The notes below the pieces were generated by a model. That model searched no databases and was not told where the DNA came from. It worked only from the letters and a program-made list of their open reading frames with translations. A stretch of DNA of 64,000 nt from Dehalococcoidia bacterium. Its GTDB lineage: Bacteria > Chloroflexota > Dehalococcoidia > Lucifugimonadales > UBA3495. The DNA is taken from NCBI GenBank assembly GCA_965237595.1, contig CBDEFY010000006.1, positions 168,671 to 232,670 of the forward strand, given 5' to 3'. This document shows positions 9,906 to 19,394 of this stretch, piece by piece; within the stretch, counting starts at the first letter, position 1, and each line of letters begins with the position of its first letter. Both the position numbers and the translations under genes were made by a program.

Positions 9906-10225
9906 ATGGGCAATTCAAAAGGAAAAAATCAGAACGGGCCACCGCAGCAAAGATCGCCGGGCTCATCGCCGGGGCCGTGGCGCTGGCGTTGACCGGGTGC
10001 GGCGGTGAGGCGGTATCACCGCTGTTCAACAGGTCAAGCACGCCGGCTGATCTGCCGACGCCCTTATCGGCATCATCGGGCTGGACGGACATACTCGAGG
10101 TGTCGGTCACTGGAGATCCGGGGTACTATTTTCTGTTCGTGACGGTGAGGAACCCCGACACCGGATGCGGTTCCTACGCCGATTGTACACCGCACACTTT
10201 TATGGGGTGTCAAGCACTGAACTGA
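9906..10225 (+). pseudogene. small lipoprotein, out of frame at an A6 tract
   Basis: The ATG at 9906 is one frame off from ..KKSERATAAKIAGLIAGAVALALTGCGGE.. (lipobox). Adding one A to the A6 run at 9923-9928 restores a 106-aa lipoprotein precursor. Confidence 0.45.
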
Positions 10226-10507
10226 CGGTCCCCTGCTCCGTTCTAAGGGTAAAGAAAACCCTCAATTATCCCCAGGCCTCGCTCGGCAGGCCTAGTTAAT
10301 GGTCACACCACAAGTTGCTGGAAAACATCCTCCTGGCTCGGGCGTCTTTTTTGACGGCTATTCGGTAAACGGATGATGGACTAATCATACTTTTGGGTGA
10401 ATCAATATCCGTCGCTTTGCCGATGACGTACGCCTGCTGCAAGTGCAATGATGTGTCAACGAGTCGCCATGAGAGCGACAACCACTATCGAACGGAGAGT
10501 GACTTAC

Positions 10508-10987
10508 ATGAAGTACCGCGGCATAGCTGACGTAGCGTTGGTAACCAACGACATGGAGAAAACAGTCCGGTTCTATCGTGACGTGCTCGGCATGTCTGTG
10601 GCGGTGACCTATGCCCGAGACATAAACGGCCAGCGGATTCGTCATTATTTCTTTAAGCTGGGCCCGGCCAGCTGTTTGTCCTTCTTCGAATGGCCCAGCG
10701 TGGAGTTGCTGCCCCGTAAGGATGCCGGCGTGCCAGCCGCCGGCCGACAATTCGACCATGTCACCCTCGGTGTTGACTCCGAAGAGACATTGATGGACCT
10801 ACAGAAACGGGCACGTAAGGCGGGCGTCCAGGCCAGCGACATTGTAGACCATGGCTTCGCGCGAGCCATATATTTTGAGGACCCAAACGGGATTTCCTTG
10901 GGGTTTGCCCTGTGGACGGTAGACCTCGAGACGCAATCGGCGTTTTACGACACAGAGCCGGTGCCTGCTTTGCAACAAATATCCTGA
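10508..10987 (+). CDS. VOC (glyoxalase/bleomycin resistance/dioxygenase) family protein
   Basis: MKYRGIADVALVTNDMEKTVRFYRDVLGM..FDHVTLGV..AIYFEDPNGISLGF shows the paired beta-alpha-beta-beta-beta VOC pattern. Confidence 0.7.
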   Translation: MKYRGIADVALVTNDMEKTVRFYRDVLGMSVAVTYARDINGQRIRHYFFKLGPASCLSFFEWPSVELLPRKDAGVPAAGRQFDHVTLGVDSEETLMDLQKRARKAGVQASDIVDHGFARAIYFEDPNGISLGFALWTVDLETQSAFYDTEPVPALQQIS

Positions 10988-11041
10988 TTAGTTTAGTCCG
11001 CCCTTCCTTACTTCGAGACACCTGAATCTGGAGCCAGACCG

Positions 11042-11451
11042 ATGCGCGACACCAGTTGGATTGACAAAGAGGAGTACCCGTTTCAGTCTCGCTACCTGGA
11101 GCTGGAAATGGGTAGGCTGCACTACGTTGACGAGGGCGAGGGAAATCCCATCGTCATGGTTCACGGCACGCCTACTTGGTCCTTCGAGTATCGGCATCTT
11201 ATCAAAGGACTTTCGAAGCGGTACCGATGCATTGCGATGGACCACATCGGCTTTGGGCTATCCGATAAGCCGAGTGAATGGTCGTATCTGCCCGAAGCGC
11301 ACGCTCGCAACGTTGAGGCGCTGATAGAGTCGCTAGGCCTTGAGGATATTACGCTCGTAGTCCATGACTTCGGTGGCCCGATCGGGCTATCGTACGCGAT
11401 TCGGCATCCAGACAAAGTGAAGCATCTCGTAATCATGAATAGCTGGATGTG
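11042..11451 (+). pseudogene. alpha/beta hydrolase (haloalkane dehalogenase-like), 5' part, interrupted by IS3 copy B and then by an IS1595-family transposon
   Basis: HYVDEGEGNPIVMVHGTPTWSFEYRHLI..LVVHDFGGPIGL..VIMNSWM. Joining 11042-11451, 12757-12782 and 18136-18575 gives 876 nt, or 291 aa, in frame. Confidence 0.85.
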
Positions 11452-11465
11452 TGAGGTGGACCCAA

Positions 11466-12382
11466 TCAGTTGGACAGGTTTGGTGCAAAACTAAGTGGGA
11501 GTTCCGCCGTCTTTCCAAGGTCTGAGAACGCTCCGTTCGGTGCCCGTTTCCCATTGATTGACCGTTCATCTGATGGCGCCAAGTCTCCTTTGAACACCTC
11601 AGCCGGTGTCCGGTAGCCCAAGGCCTGGTGGGGTCTTTAAGCCCGGCCTTGGCTTCTCGCCCGTTGGAGTAGGCTTTCAGGTAGACCTCCTCGTACTTAA
11701 CCGTGCGCCACAGCCGCTCCAACAAGATGTTGTCGGTGTAGCGTCCCTTCCCGTCCATGCTGATTCTCACTCCGTGCTGCTCTAGGAGACCGGTGAAGGC
11801 TTCGCCGGTGAACTGGCTGCCCTGGTCGGTGTTGAAGACCTCTGGCTTCCCCTTGCCAAGCGCTTCCTCCAATGTCTCGACACAGAAATCAGCATCCAAG
11901 GTGTTGGAAAGACGCCAGGCCACCACGTACCGCGTGTACCAATCCATGATGGCCACCAGGTATAAGAAACCCTTGGCCATGGGGATGTAGGTGATGTCGG
12001 CGGCCCACACCTGATTTGGTCTGGTGATCTCCATGCCGCTCAGGAGGTAGGGATACACCTTGTGCCCTGGCCCCGGCTTGCTGGTCCGGGGCCACCGGTA
12101 GATGGCACGTAGTCCCATGGTCCGCATCAGACGCTGGACCCGCTTCCGGTTCACCCTGTGACCTTGAGTGCCCAGCCAGACCCTCATGCGCCGCGACCCG
12201 TAGAAGGGGGTACTTAGGTACTGGTGGTCCATCGCCTTCATCACGGTCAGGTTCTCCAAGCAAGTCCCCTTGCGCCGGTAGTTTAGGCTGGACCTGCTGA
12301 TGCTCAGTAAGGCGCACTGTCTCACTGTGGACAAGGCTGGGTGCCGCCGGTCTACCATCTCCCGCCGCCGCTCCCGGCTCAT
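11466..12382 (-). pseudogene. IS3 OrfB, frameshifted by the 28-bp deletion
   Basis: Translation matches copy A up to ..GREAKAGL and then leaves the frame (KDPTRPWATG..). Confidence 0.85.
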
Positions 12383-12681
12383 GGACCGAGCCTCTCCGCC
12401 AAGAAATCCCGCTCAACCTTCAGTTGGCCGATCTGCTGATAGAGCCGGGCAACAAGGACCCCATCGCTCTTCTGGCGTTTGTCTTGGTTCCCACCAAAGA
12501 CGCCGACCGCTCCTTCCAACAAGGACTTCTTCCAGGCCTGGATCTGCCCGGGATGGACCTCGTAGCGGGCGGCCAGTTGGGCCACCGTCTCTTCACCCTT
12601 CACCGCTTCCAGGGCCATCTTGGCCTTGAATGTTGGGCTGTGCTTCCTCCGCTCTTTTGACATGTCCCACTCCTCCCTCAC
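12379..12681 (-). CDS. IS3-family transposase OrfA (copy B)
   Basis: 100 aa, differing from copy C OrfA at only two positions. Confidence 0.85.
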   Translation of the reverse strand: MREEWDMSKERRKHSPTFKAKMALEAVKGEETVAQLAARYEVHPGQIQAWKKSLLEGAVGVFGGNQDKRQKSDGVLVARLYQQIGQLKVERDFLAERLGP

Positions 12682-12869
12682 AGCAACAGCTGTGGCTATT
12701 TTAGGAGCAGAACTCTCACTTAACCACCTGTCCGAATTTCCGGGTCCACCTCAGTGGTCGCTCAAAGACCAGCCAAAATTTAGGGAATTATACGGAATTC
12801 TAGCCGAAACCCTTGACATCGACAACCCTTTCGGCTAAAATAATGACATAAATCAAACGGCAATCAAGA

Positions 12870-13850
12870 GTGGTTATGGTTACTAAGTCCGGCCCTGGCA
12901 AGTCCTACCGCAAGGGAATAACCTTGCTGGAAATCTGCGAACGCTTCAGCACCGTGGAGAAAGCCGAAGCGTGGTTCATCGAACAGCGCTGGCCCAACGG
13001 GATAGCCTGCCCGTTCTGCGGGAGCCTCAACATCGCCAACATCGCCAGTCGCAAGCCCCAACCCTTCCGGTGTCGGGAGAAAGAGTGCCGCAAGCATTTC
13101 AGCGTCAAGACCAAGACGGTACTGCATAGCTCCAACATCCCGCTCAATAAGTGGGCCATCGGGTTCTACCTATACATGACCAGCTTGAAGGGTGTCTCCA
13201 GCATGAAGCTCCACCGGGACCTAGGCATCCGGCAATCGTCGGCATGGCACATGGCCCACAGAATCAGGGAAACGCTGGCCGTCACGGGTGGCACGTTCAC
13301 CGGCCCCGTCGAAGTTGATGAGACCTACATCGGGGGACTGGAGAAGAACAAACACGCCAACAAACGCCTCAAAGCGGGGAGAGGGCCAGTCGGGAAGACC
13401 ACCGTGGTAGGCATGAAGGACCGGGAAACTGGACAGATTACTAGCCGGGTTGTAGAGTCCACCGACGCAGGCACGCTCCAAGGGTTCGTGAAAGAGCACA
13501 CCGAGGACAACACGATGGTCTACACCGACGAAGCCGCCGCCTATCGTGGTCTACCCCGGCCCCATGAGAGCGTCAAGCACAGCGTTTCCGAGTTCGTCCG
13601 AGGGATGGCCCACACAAACGGGATAGAGAGCCACTGGGCAGCTCTCAAGCGAGGCTACGACGGGGTTTACCACCATATGTCGGCCAAGCACCTACAAAGG
13701 TATGTCGTGGAGTTCGAGGGGCGGCACAACAACCGCCCGATGGACACCGCCGACATGATGAGCAAGCTGGCGAAGGGCACCGAGGGCAAGCGGTTGACCT
13801 ACGCCACGCTGATAGGGCCGAAGGAAACAGCCGAGGACGGTCTAAGCTAA
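12870..13850 (+). CDS. IS1595-family (ISXO2-like) DDE transposase with N-terminal zinc ribbon
   Basis: CPFCGS..FRCREKECRKHFS zinc ribbon. VEVDETYIGG, MVYTDEAAAY and HTNGIESHWAALKR are the IS1595 DDE(N/H)K-type motifs. Its stop overlaps the next gene's ATG (TAATG at 13848-13852). Confidence 0.9.
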   Translation: MVMVTKSGPGKSYRKGITLLEICERFSTVEKAEAWFIEQRWPNGIACPFCGSLNIANIASRKPQPFRCREKECRKHFSVKTKTVLHSSNIPLNKWAIGFYLYMTSLKGVSSMKLHRDLGIRQSSAWHMAHRIRETLAVTGGTFTGPVEVDETYIGGLEKNKHANKRLKAGRGPVGKTTVVGMKDRETGQITSRVVESTDAGTLQGFVKEHTEDNTMVYTDEAAAYRGLPRPHESVKHSVSEFVRGMAHTNGIESHWAALKRGYDGVYHHMSAKHLQRYVVEFEGRHNNRPMDTADMMSKLAKGTEGKRLTYATLIGPKETAEDGLS

Positions 13851-16146
13851 TGGCCACTGAAATGACTACGGTCATCAAGAAGATTGTCCCCTATCTTCAA
13901 CGGCGTGGCTACTCACTAGATGACAATATGTTCTTCGGTGAGCGTGCTGAGAACGAGCAAGAACGTATAGGGTTCGTTGATATTCTTGTAAAGCGGAGTG
14001 ATCGGGCAACCCAGCCGTTGTTTGTAATTGAAGCTAAGAGAGATAGCGCGAAGCTCAACGCCTCCCACCGGAAACAGGCCATCGATTATGGCAAAGTCCT
14101 CAAGTGCTCACTAGTTGTGGTCACCAATGGCGAGGATTTTGAGCTCCACAATGTAACTACAGGTAAAAGACTTAAAGTTAACGGGTCCGTCATCGGCAAG
14201 GTTCCGTTGTACAGCCGTACAGATGCCGTGTTAAGGCAACTTAGAGACAACCCCTTTCTCGACAACATTGACCTTACTGCAGACAATAGCCTTCCATACC
14301 GGCCTGGACTAAATCTGCCGCAGTTGCAGGCATTGATTAGAAGATGCCATAACACTATCCGTAACGTCGAAAAAGACGAAGAGAATGTGTTTTCAGATGT
14401 GTCCAAACTCTTGTTTCTCAAACTGTTGGAGGAAAAGCAAGATCGTGGTGAATTAGGCTTTGACCTGCCCTACACATATCGATTTCATGAACTAGCAAAA
14501 CTAGGCACTTCACCTGATCAGGTTAGAGACGCTGTAATAAGCATGATGGGACAAGTGGTCAAACTACCGAGTTATGGCGATGTCATGACGCCGACTCTTT
14601 TCATGGAGAAACCCGCGACGTTCCTGAAAGTGGTCTCCGAATTGGCCAAGGCAGATTTTAGTGACTCGGAATTAGACGTACGCGGTTCGGTGTTCGAGTA
14701 TTTTGTCAGATTGAGCCTGAGGGGGCGACGGCTCGGACAGTTTTTTACACCACGCCCGTTGGTTAGGTTTATGCTCTCAATTTTACCGATTGAGCAGGCA
14801 ATTCCTGACCTGCTTGATCCTGATACACACCCAATGATTATAGATCCTGCCTGCGGCTCGGGCGGATTCCTGTTGGCGGCGATGAATACTCTCTTGGATA
14901 AGGTTGACTCCGAGACAGGGACTACATACTCGGCTGATCGGGCCGACTCGTTGAAACAACGGATCAAACGGGATGTGTTCTGGGGTGCCGATGCAAATCA
15001 GCGTATTGCATCTACGGCAAAGATGAACATGATTATTGCTGGTGATGGCTTTGCGAACATCCGCCATGGAGATAGCCTTACGGAGGAAGTGGACTTCTTG
15101 AATGTTCGAAATCGGTCTGTGACCCTTGCCGATTTTGTTCTGACCAACCCCCCCTTCGGTATGTCGGAGACAGATACCCTACTGCCTGAGGATTTGGCTA
15201 TCTTTCCGAATCCTACCCCGAAAACACAAGCACTGTTCCTCCAGAAAATGGTTCTTCTCACCAAAGCAAATGGGCAGATTTGCACTGTGATAGACGAGGG
15301 AATGCTGAACACCGCTGCTGTCTCAACCATACGTCGGTATCTTATCAAGGAGTGTTTTATAGATGCGGTAATTCGGCTACCTGATGTGACTTTTAGCCCA
15401 AACAAGATAAATGTTCGGTCCAGCGTCCTCTTGATGACCCGGAAACCCGACGAGGATGCGGAGCAAGATTATCCGATACGTATGATTGAGCTAAACCAGG
15501 TGGGGTACAACGCGATGGGCGAAGAAGACACTGATACCCCGATAGATGGAATCATTGACCTAGTACGAGCCCGTTGGAACGACATAGGGAGACTCCCATT
15601 GGGATTGGCCGAGACTGGCGGTATATTCAAATCTTATCCCTTGGAGCTCGCTGATGTGGTCGCCTTGGATGACACTAGGCTGGACGTAAAGTATTACGAT
15701 CCTGGCACCTTGGAGTTTATAGAACAGTTGAAGGATGCCGGAGCCAAAAGCTTAAGGCAACTCTCTCGGCAGTCCATTCATCGAGGCAAGTCGCCCTCCA
15801 AAGCCGAATACAACGTAGACCTTGACAGCAATATTCGGGTAGTTAAAGCGGGGAACATAGGACGTGTTGGGCTAACGGGAGAATTTGATCTAATCAACGA
15901 GAATGTTTACTTGCGGTTGGCCAACGCCCAGATTCACGAAAACGACGTCTTGTTGGCCTCGACCGGTGAAGGCACCCTCGGAAAGGCCACCGTTTATGAT
16001 TCTAGTACTCCCGCAGTTGCGGATGGCCACGTTTCCATCATCCGGCTCAACAATGGCGTGCTGCCCGAATACGCAATGTGGTTTCTCCGCAGTGAATATG
16101 GGCAAAGACAGATCACTAGACTGTTCACTGGAGCCACAGGGCTTAT
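13850..16146 (+). pseudogene. single-chain type IIG R-M-S enzyme (PD-(D/E)xK nuclease + gamma-class N6-adenine methyltransferase + specificity domain), 5' part, interrupted by IS3 copy C
   Basis: N-terminal HsdR-N-like nuclease motif (FVDILV..VIEAKR). QFFTPRPLV, IIDPACGSGGFLL (motif I), LTNPPFG (motif IV). C-terminal HsdS-like target-recognition domain. Joining 13850-16146 to 17481-17688 gives 2505 nt, or 834 aa, in frame. Confidence 0.85.
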
Positions 16147-16218
16147 TGAGGTGGACCCGGAAATTCGGACAGGTGGTTAAGTGAGAGTTCTGCTCCTAAA
16201 ATAGCCACAGCTGTTGCT

Positions 16219-16521
16219 GTGAGGGAGGAGTGGGACATGTCAAAAGAGCGGAGGAAGCACAGCCCAACATTCAAGGCCAAGGTGGCCCTGGAAGCGGTGA
16301 AGGGTGAAGAGACGGTGGCCCAACTGGCCGCCCGCTACGAGGTCCATCCCGGGCAGATCCAGGCCTGGAAGAAGTCCTTGTTGGAAGGAGCGGTCGGCGT
16401 CTTTGGTGGGAACCAAGACAAACGCCAGAAGAGCGATGCGGTCCTTGTTGCCCGGCTCTATCAGCAGATCGGCCAACTGAAGGTTGAGCGGGATTTCTTG
16501 GCGGAGAGGCTCGGTCCATGA
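16219..16521 (+). CDS. IS3-family transposase OrfA (copy C)
   Basis: 100 aa. Best consensus version of OrfA ([10 protein letters not shown]). Confidence 0.9.
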   Translation: MREEWDMSKERRKHSPTFKAKVALEAVKGEETVAQLAARYEVHPGQIQAWKKSLLEGAVGVFGGNQDKRQKSDAVLVARLYQQIGQLKVERDFLAERLGP

Positions 16522-16542
16522 GCCGGGAGCGGCGGCAGGACG

Positions 16543-17463
16543 ATGGTGGACCGGCGGCACCCAGCCTTGTCCACAGTGAGACAGTGCGCCTTACTGAGCA
16601 TCAGCAGGTCCAGCCTAAACTACCGGCGCAAGGGGACTTGCTTGGAGAACCTGACGGTGATGAAGGCGATGGACCACCAGTACCTAAGTACCCCCTTCTA
16701 CGGGTCGCGGCGCATGAGGGTCTGGCTGGGCACTCAAGGTCACAGGGTGAACCGGAAGCGGGTCCAGCGTCTGATGCGGACCATGGGACTACGTGCCATC
16801 TACCGGTGGCCCCGGACCAACAAGCCGGGGCCAGGGCACAAGGTGTATCCCTACCTCCTGAGCGGCATGGAGATCACCAGACCAAATCAGGTGTGGGCCG
16901 CCGACATCACCTACATCCCCATGGCCAAGGGTTTCTTATACCTGGTGGCCATCATGGATTGGTACACGCGGTACGTGGTGGCCTGGCGTCTTTCCAACAC
17001 CTTGGATGCTGATTTCTGTGTCGAGACATTGGAGGAAGCGCTTGGCAAGGGGAAGCCAGAGGTCTTCAACACCGACCAGGGCAGCCAGTTCACCGGCGAA
17101 GCCTTTACCGGTCTCCTAGAGCAGCACGGAGTGAGAATCAGCATGGACGGGAAGGGACGCTACACCGACAACATCTTGTTGGAGCGGCTGTGGCGCACGG
17201 TTAAGTACGAGGAGGTCTACCTGAAAGCCTACTCCAACGGGCGAGAAGCCAAGGCCGGGCTTGACGCATACTTCAGCTTCTACAACAACCAAAGACCCCA
17301 CCAGGCCTTGGGCTACCGGACACCGGCTGAGGTGTTCAAAGGAGACTTGGCGCCATCAGATGAACGGTCAATCAATGGGAAACGGGCACCGAACGGAGCG
17401 TTCTCAGACCTTGGAAAGACGGCGGAACTCTCACTTAGTTTTGCACCAAACCTGTCCAACTGA
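16543..17463 (+). CDS. IS3-family transposase OrfB (copy C), N-terminus disturbed by a frameshift; ORF restarts at an internal Met
   Basis: The canonical ATG at 16518 runs out of frame after 6 codons. An intact 306-aa DDE ORF starts at MVDRRHPALS. Confidence 0.75.
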   Translation: MVDRRHPALSTVRQCALLSISRSSLNYRRKGTCLENLTVMKAMDHQYLSTPFYGSRRMRVWLGTQGHRVNRKRVQRLMRTMGLRAIYRWPRTNKPGPGHKVYPYLLSGMEITRPNQVWAADITYIPMAKGFLYLVAIMDWYTRYVVAWRLSNTLDADFCVETLEEALGKGKPEVFNTDQGSQFTGEAFTGLLEQHGVRISMDGKGRYTDNILLERLWRTVKYEEVYLKAYSNGREAKAGLDAYFSFYNNQRPHQALGYRTPAEVFKGDLAPSDERSINGKRAPNGAFSDLGKTAELSLSFAPNLSN

Positions 17464-17480
17464 TTGGGTCCACCTCATAT

Positions 17481-17688
17481 TGAGTTGCCAGAGGATGCCG
17501 CAAATCGCATCTTGGTTTTAGTTCCTAGTGATGAAGGGAAGCAACAGTCTTTGGTCAGAGAATGGATCACGCAAGTTAGAGAAGCTGAAGCCTTGGAGAA
17601 CGAGGCCCGGGCCAAACGACAAGAAGCGCATGATCAATTTATCGAGAAGCTCCAACCATATATCAAACGCCCTTTATCGATGGAATGA
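17481..17688 (+). pseudogene. type IIG R-M-S enzyme, 3' part (end of the specificity domain and coiled coil)
   Basis: ELPEDAANRILVLVPSDEGKQQSLVREWITQVREAEALENEA.. continues ..FTGATGLI from 16146 in frame, matching the typical HsdS TRD end and conserved helical spacer. Confidence 0.8.
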
Positions 17689-17800
17689 GAATTATCTGAT
17701 GCCCCAGCCAGACACTTATAAACCGGCTAGCTGAGGGCCGCAAACAGAACGTAGACCGGTCAGCTAACGACCTTCTAGACTAAGAGTCAGGAGTGTAGCC

Positions 17801-18088
17801 ATGCCGCGAACACGGGGAAAAACGGCGAAGCAAAGTGCGACCAAGGCGAAGACTAAGGTGGCGCGGGGCCGTCCAGTTGAGAAGAAGTTGCCGCCTCGGA
17901 TAGATGCTACCCCAGAGCAAATGGCACAGGCTATGTTCGCCCTTCCCGCAGACTACAAGTGGCAGTACGACCAAGGCGGGGCTCGGAAGGTCTACAAATG
18001 TGTGGACTGCGGAGAGGCAGCTTACTACCCGGAGACCCTGTACCGGGATGGGCGATGCAAGGCTTGCAAGAAGGCCATGGCCGGGTAG
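17801..18088 (+). CDS. small basic zinc-ribbon protein, last gene of the transposon (function unknown)
   Basis: Lys/Arg-rich N-terminus. CVDCG..(14)..CKACKK is a four-Cys ribbon. The ORF ends 12 nt before the right IR. Confidence 0.5.
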   Translation: MPRTRGKTAKQSATKAKTKVARGRPVEKKLPPRIDATPEQMAQAMFALPADYKWQYDQGGARKVYKCVDCGEAAYYPETLYRDGRCKACKKAMAG

Positions 18089-18135
18089 CTGGAACAGGGC
18101 TTTCGGCTAGAATTCCGTATAATTCCCAAAATTTA

Positions 18136-18575
18136 AGTGGACCAGCCGCTTTCTTGGAGGGCCGGTTGGTCGGCTCCTGTACCGCCAGATGAACTTCTCT
18201 CCGAGGATCTTGATGAAAATGATAGTTGGGGACAAGTCAAAGCTGCCCAAACACATCCACGACCACTACCTGAAAGCTCTCCCCACACCGCGCGAGCGAA
18301 AAGGGACATGGGTATTCGCCAAGGAGCTTGTGGCCTCAGGCGACTGGTATGACAGCTTGTGGAGCGAGCGAGGAAATATAGATGGCATTCCGGCCCTGTT
18401 TATCTGGGGCATGAAGGACAGCGCCTTCACTCAAAGAGAACTTGAGCAGTGGGAAAACTTCCTCACAAGCGCGCAAGCGATTCAGTTGGACACCATCGGA
18501 CACTTCGTTGCCGAGGAGATGGGAGACGCGCTACCCCCATTAGTCGCCGAATTCTTGGAGGCACAGAGCGCATGA
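18136..18575 (+). pseudogene. alpha/beta hydrolase (haloalkane dehalogenase-like), 3' part
   Basis: (K)WTSRFLGGPVGRLLYRQMNFSPRILMK..ALFIWGMKDSAF..IGHFVAEE includes the catalytic His region and is in frame with the 5' part once both insertions are removed. Confidence 0.85.
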
Positions 18576-18853
18576 GCAATAATAACCGCCAAGCGCATGG
18601 TCGCCCGCGCAGCCAGAAAACAGACCGAGCCCTACTTGCCGTATCGAAGCAACTGACTGCTTCAATGAATCCAGGAGGGCCTCAGGGTTTCCAGTTACTC
18701 GCGTCTCAGAGTACAGAAAACGCTCGTTTTCATTACTGCTGATCAAATTATTTCCGGTCTCTGGTGGGCAAAGAGTAAAGAACCTTGGTAAATCTATCGG
18801 AGGAAGGCAACCCAAGACCCCTGCCGACAGTTTGCCTTTCAATTCGATGAGCA

Positions 18854-19261
18854 TCAACCTTCAGGAGTAAATGTGTAGCACCAGGCTTCGCCTTCCAGCA
18901 CGGTCTCCCCGGTCTGCCGGGTGATAGTCATCTTGAGCTTGGTGACGGGCTTGGTGGCGTGGACCTCCAGTATCTCGGCCTCGGCGGTGATGGTGTCTCC
19001 GATGAAGACCGGCGCCGTGTAGTTGAAGTTCTGGCTCATGAACACAGTACCCGGACCCGGCATGTCCATGGCCACCAGGGCATTCAGTATCCCAGAGGTC
19101 AGCCCTCCCTGCACCACCAGTTCCTTGAACTTGGTCTTCGCGGCGAAGCCCTCATCGAAATGAAGGGGATTATAGTCGCCGGTTATCTCGGCGTAGGTCT
19201 TAACGTTGTCAAAAGTCAGGGTGCTGCTGCGGGTGGCTTTCTGGCCGACTTCGAGTTTCAT
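18854..19261 (-). CDS. MaoC-like (R)-specific enoyl-CoA hydratase / dehydratase
   Basis: ITGDYNPLHFDEGFA hot-dog hydratase motif. Start chosen at MKLEVGQ with GAGGAAA upstream. Confidence 0.75.
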   Translation of the reverse strand: MKLEVGQKATRSSTLTFDNVKTYAEITGDYNPLHFDEGFAAKTKFKELVVQGGLTSGILNALVAMDMPGPGTVFMSQNFNYTAPVFIGDTITAEAEILEVHATKPVTKLKMTITRQTGETVLEGEAWCYTFTPEG

Positions 19262-19394
19262 TGATTTCCTCGTTGTTGGCGTGGGCGCTGGCGGCTCCGG
19301 CGTCAATCTTACCAACTTTCCCCTTTGGAACGTCGACCATCAATCTGCCATAATGGGCCGCACCTAGACCAGCTAAGACCTGAATGTAGGGGTC

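Larger units (their letters stand above)
11452..12753 (-). mobile_element. IS3-family insertion sequence, copy B (1302 bp, 28-bp internal deletion in orfB)
   Basis: Same termini as copy A. 3-bp TSD GTG at 11449-11451 and 12754-12756. Near 11637 it lacks ggttgttgtagaagctgaagtatgcgtc relative to copy D. Confidence 0.9.
16147..17477 (+). mobile_element. IS3-family insertion sequence, copy C (1331 bp), nested inside the RM gene
   Basis: Same termini as copy A. 3-bp TSD TAT at 16144-16146 and 17478-17480. A 1-nt insertion plus a substitution just after the orfB ATG (cggcggcaggacgatgg versus cggcggcgggagatgg). Confidence 0.95.
12783..18127 (+). mobile_element. IS1595-family transposon carrying a type IIG restriction-modification gene (5345 bp; 4011 bp without the nested IS3)
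   Basis: Perfect 27-bp terminal IR GGGAATTATACGGAATTCTAGCCGAAA (12783-12809; reverse complement at 18101-18127). 8-bp TSD AAAATTTA (12775-12782 and 18128-18135). Removing the element restores the hydrolase reading frame. Confidence 0.9.

Noticed and set aside
12766-18147. 8-bp direct repeat GACCAGCC (12766-12773 and 18140-18147) as a possible TSD of the IS1595 transposon.
   Set aside because: Using it leaves unequal IR ends and breaks the hydrolase reading frame. AAAATTTA, directly abutting the perfect 27-bp IRs, restores the frame, so GACCAGCC is a chance repeat within the host gene.
18574-18744. 56-codon ORF overlapping the hydrolase stop, with a TetR-like start (..HGRPRSQKTDRALLAVSKQL..).
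   Set aside because: It is too short for a TetR-family protein and lacks the rest of the HTH and ligand domain. At most it is a remnant.
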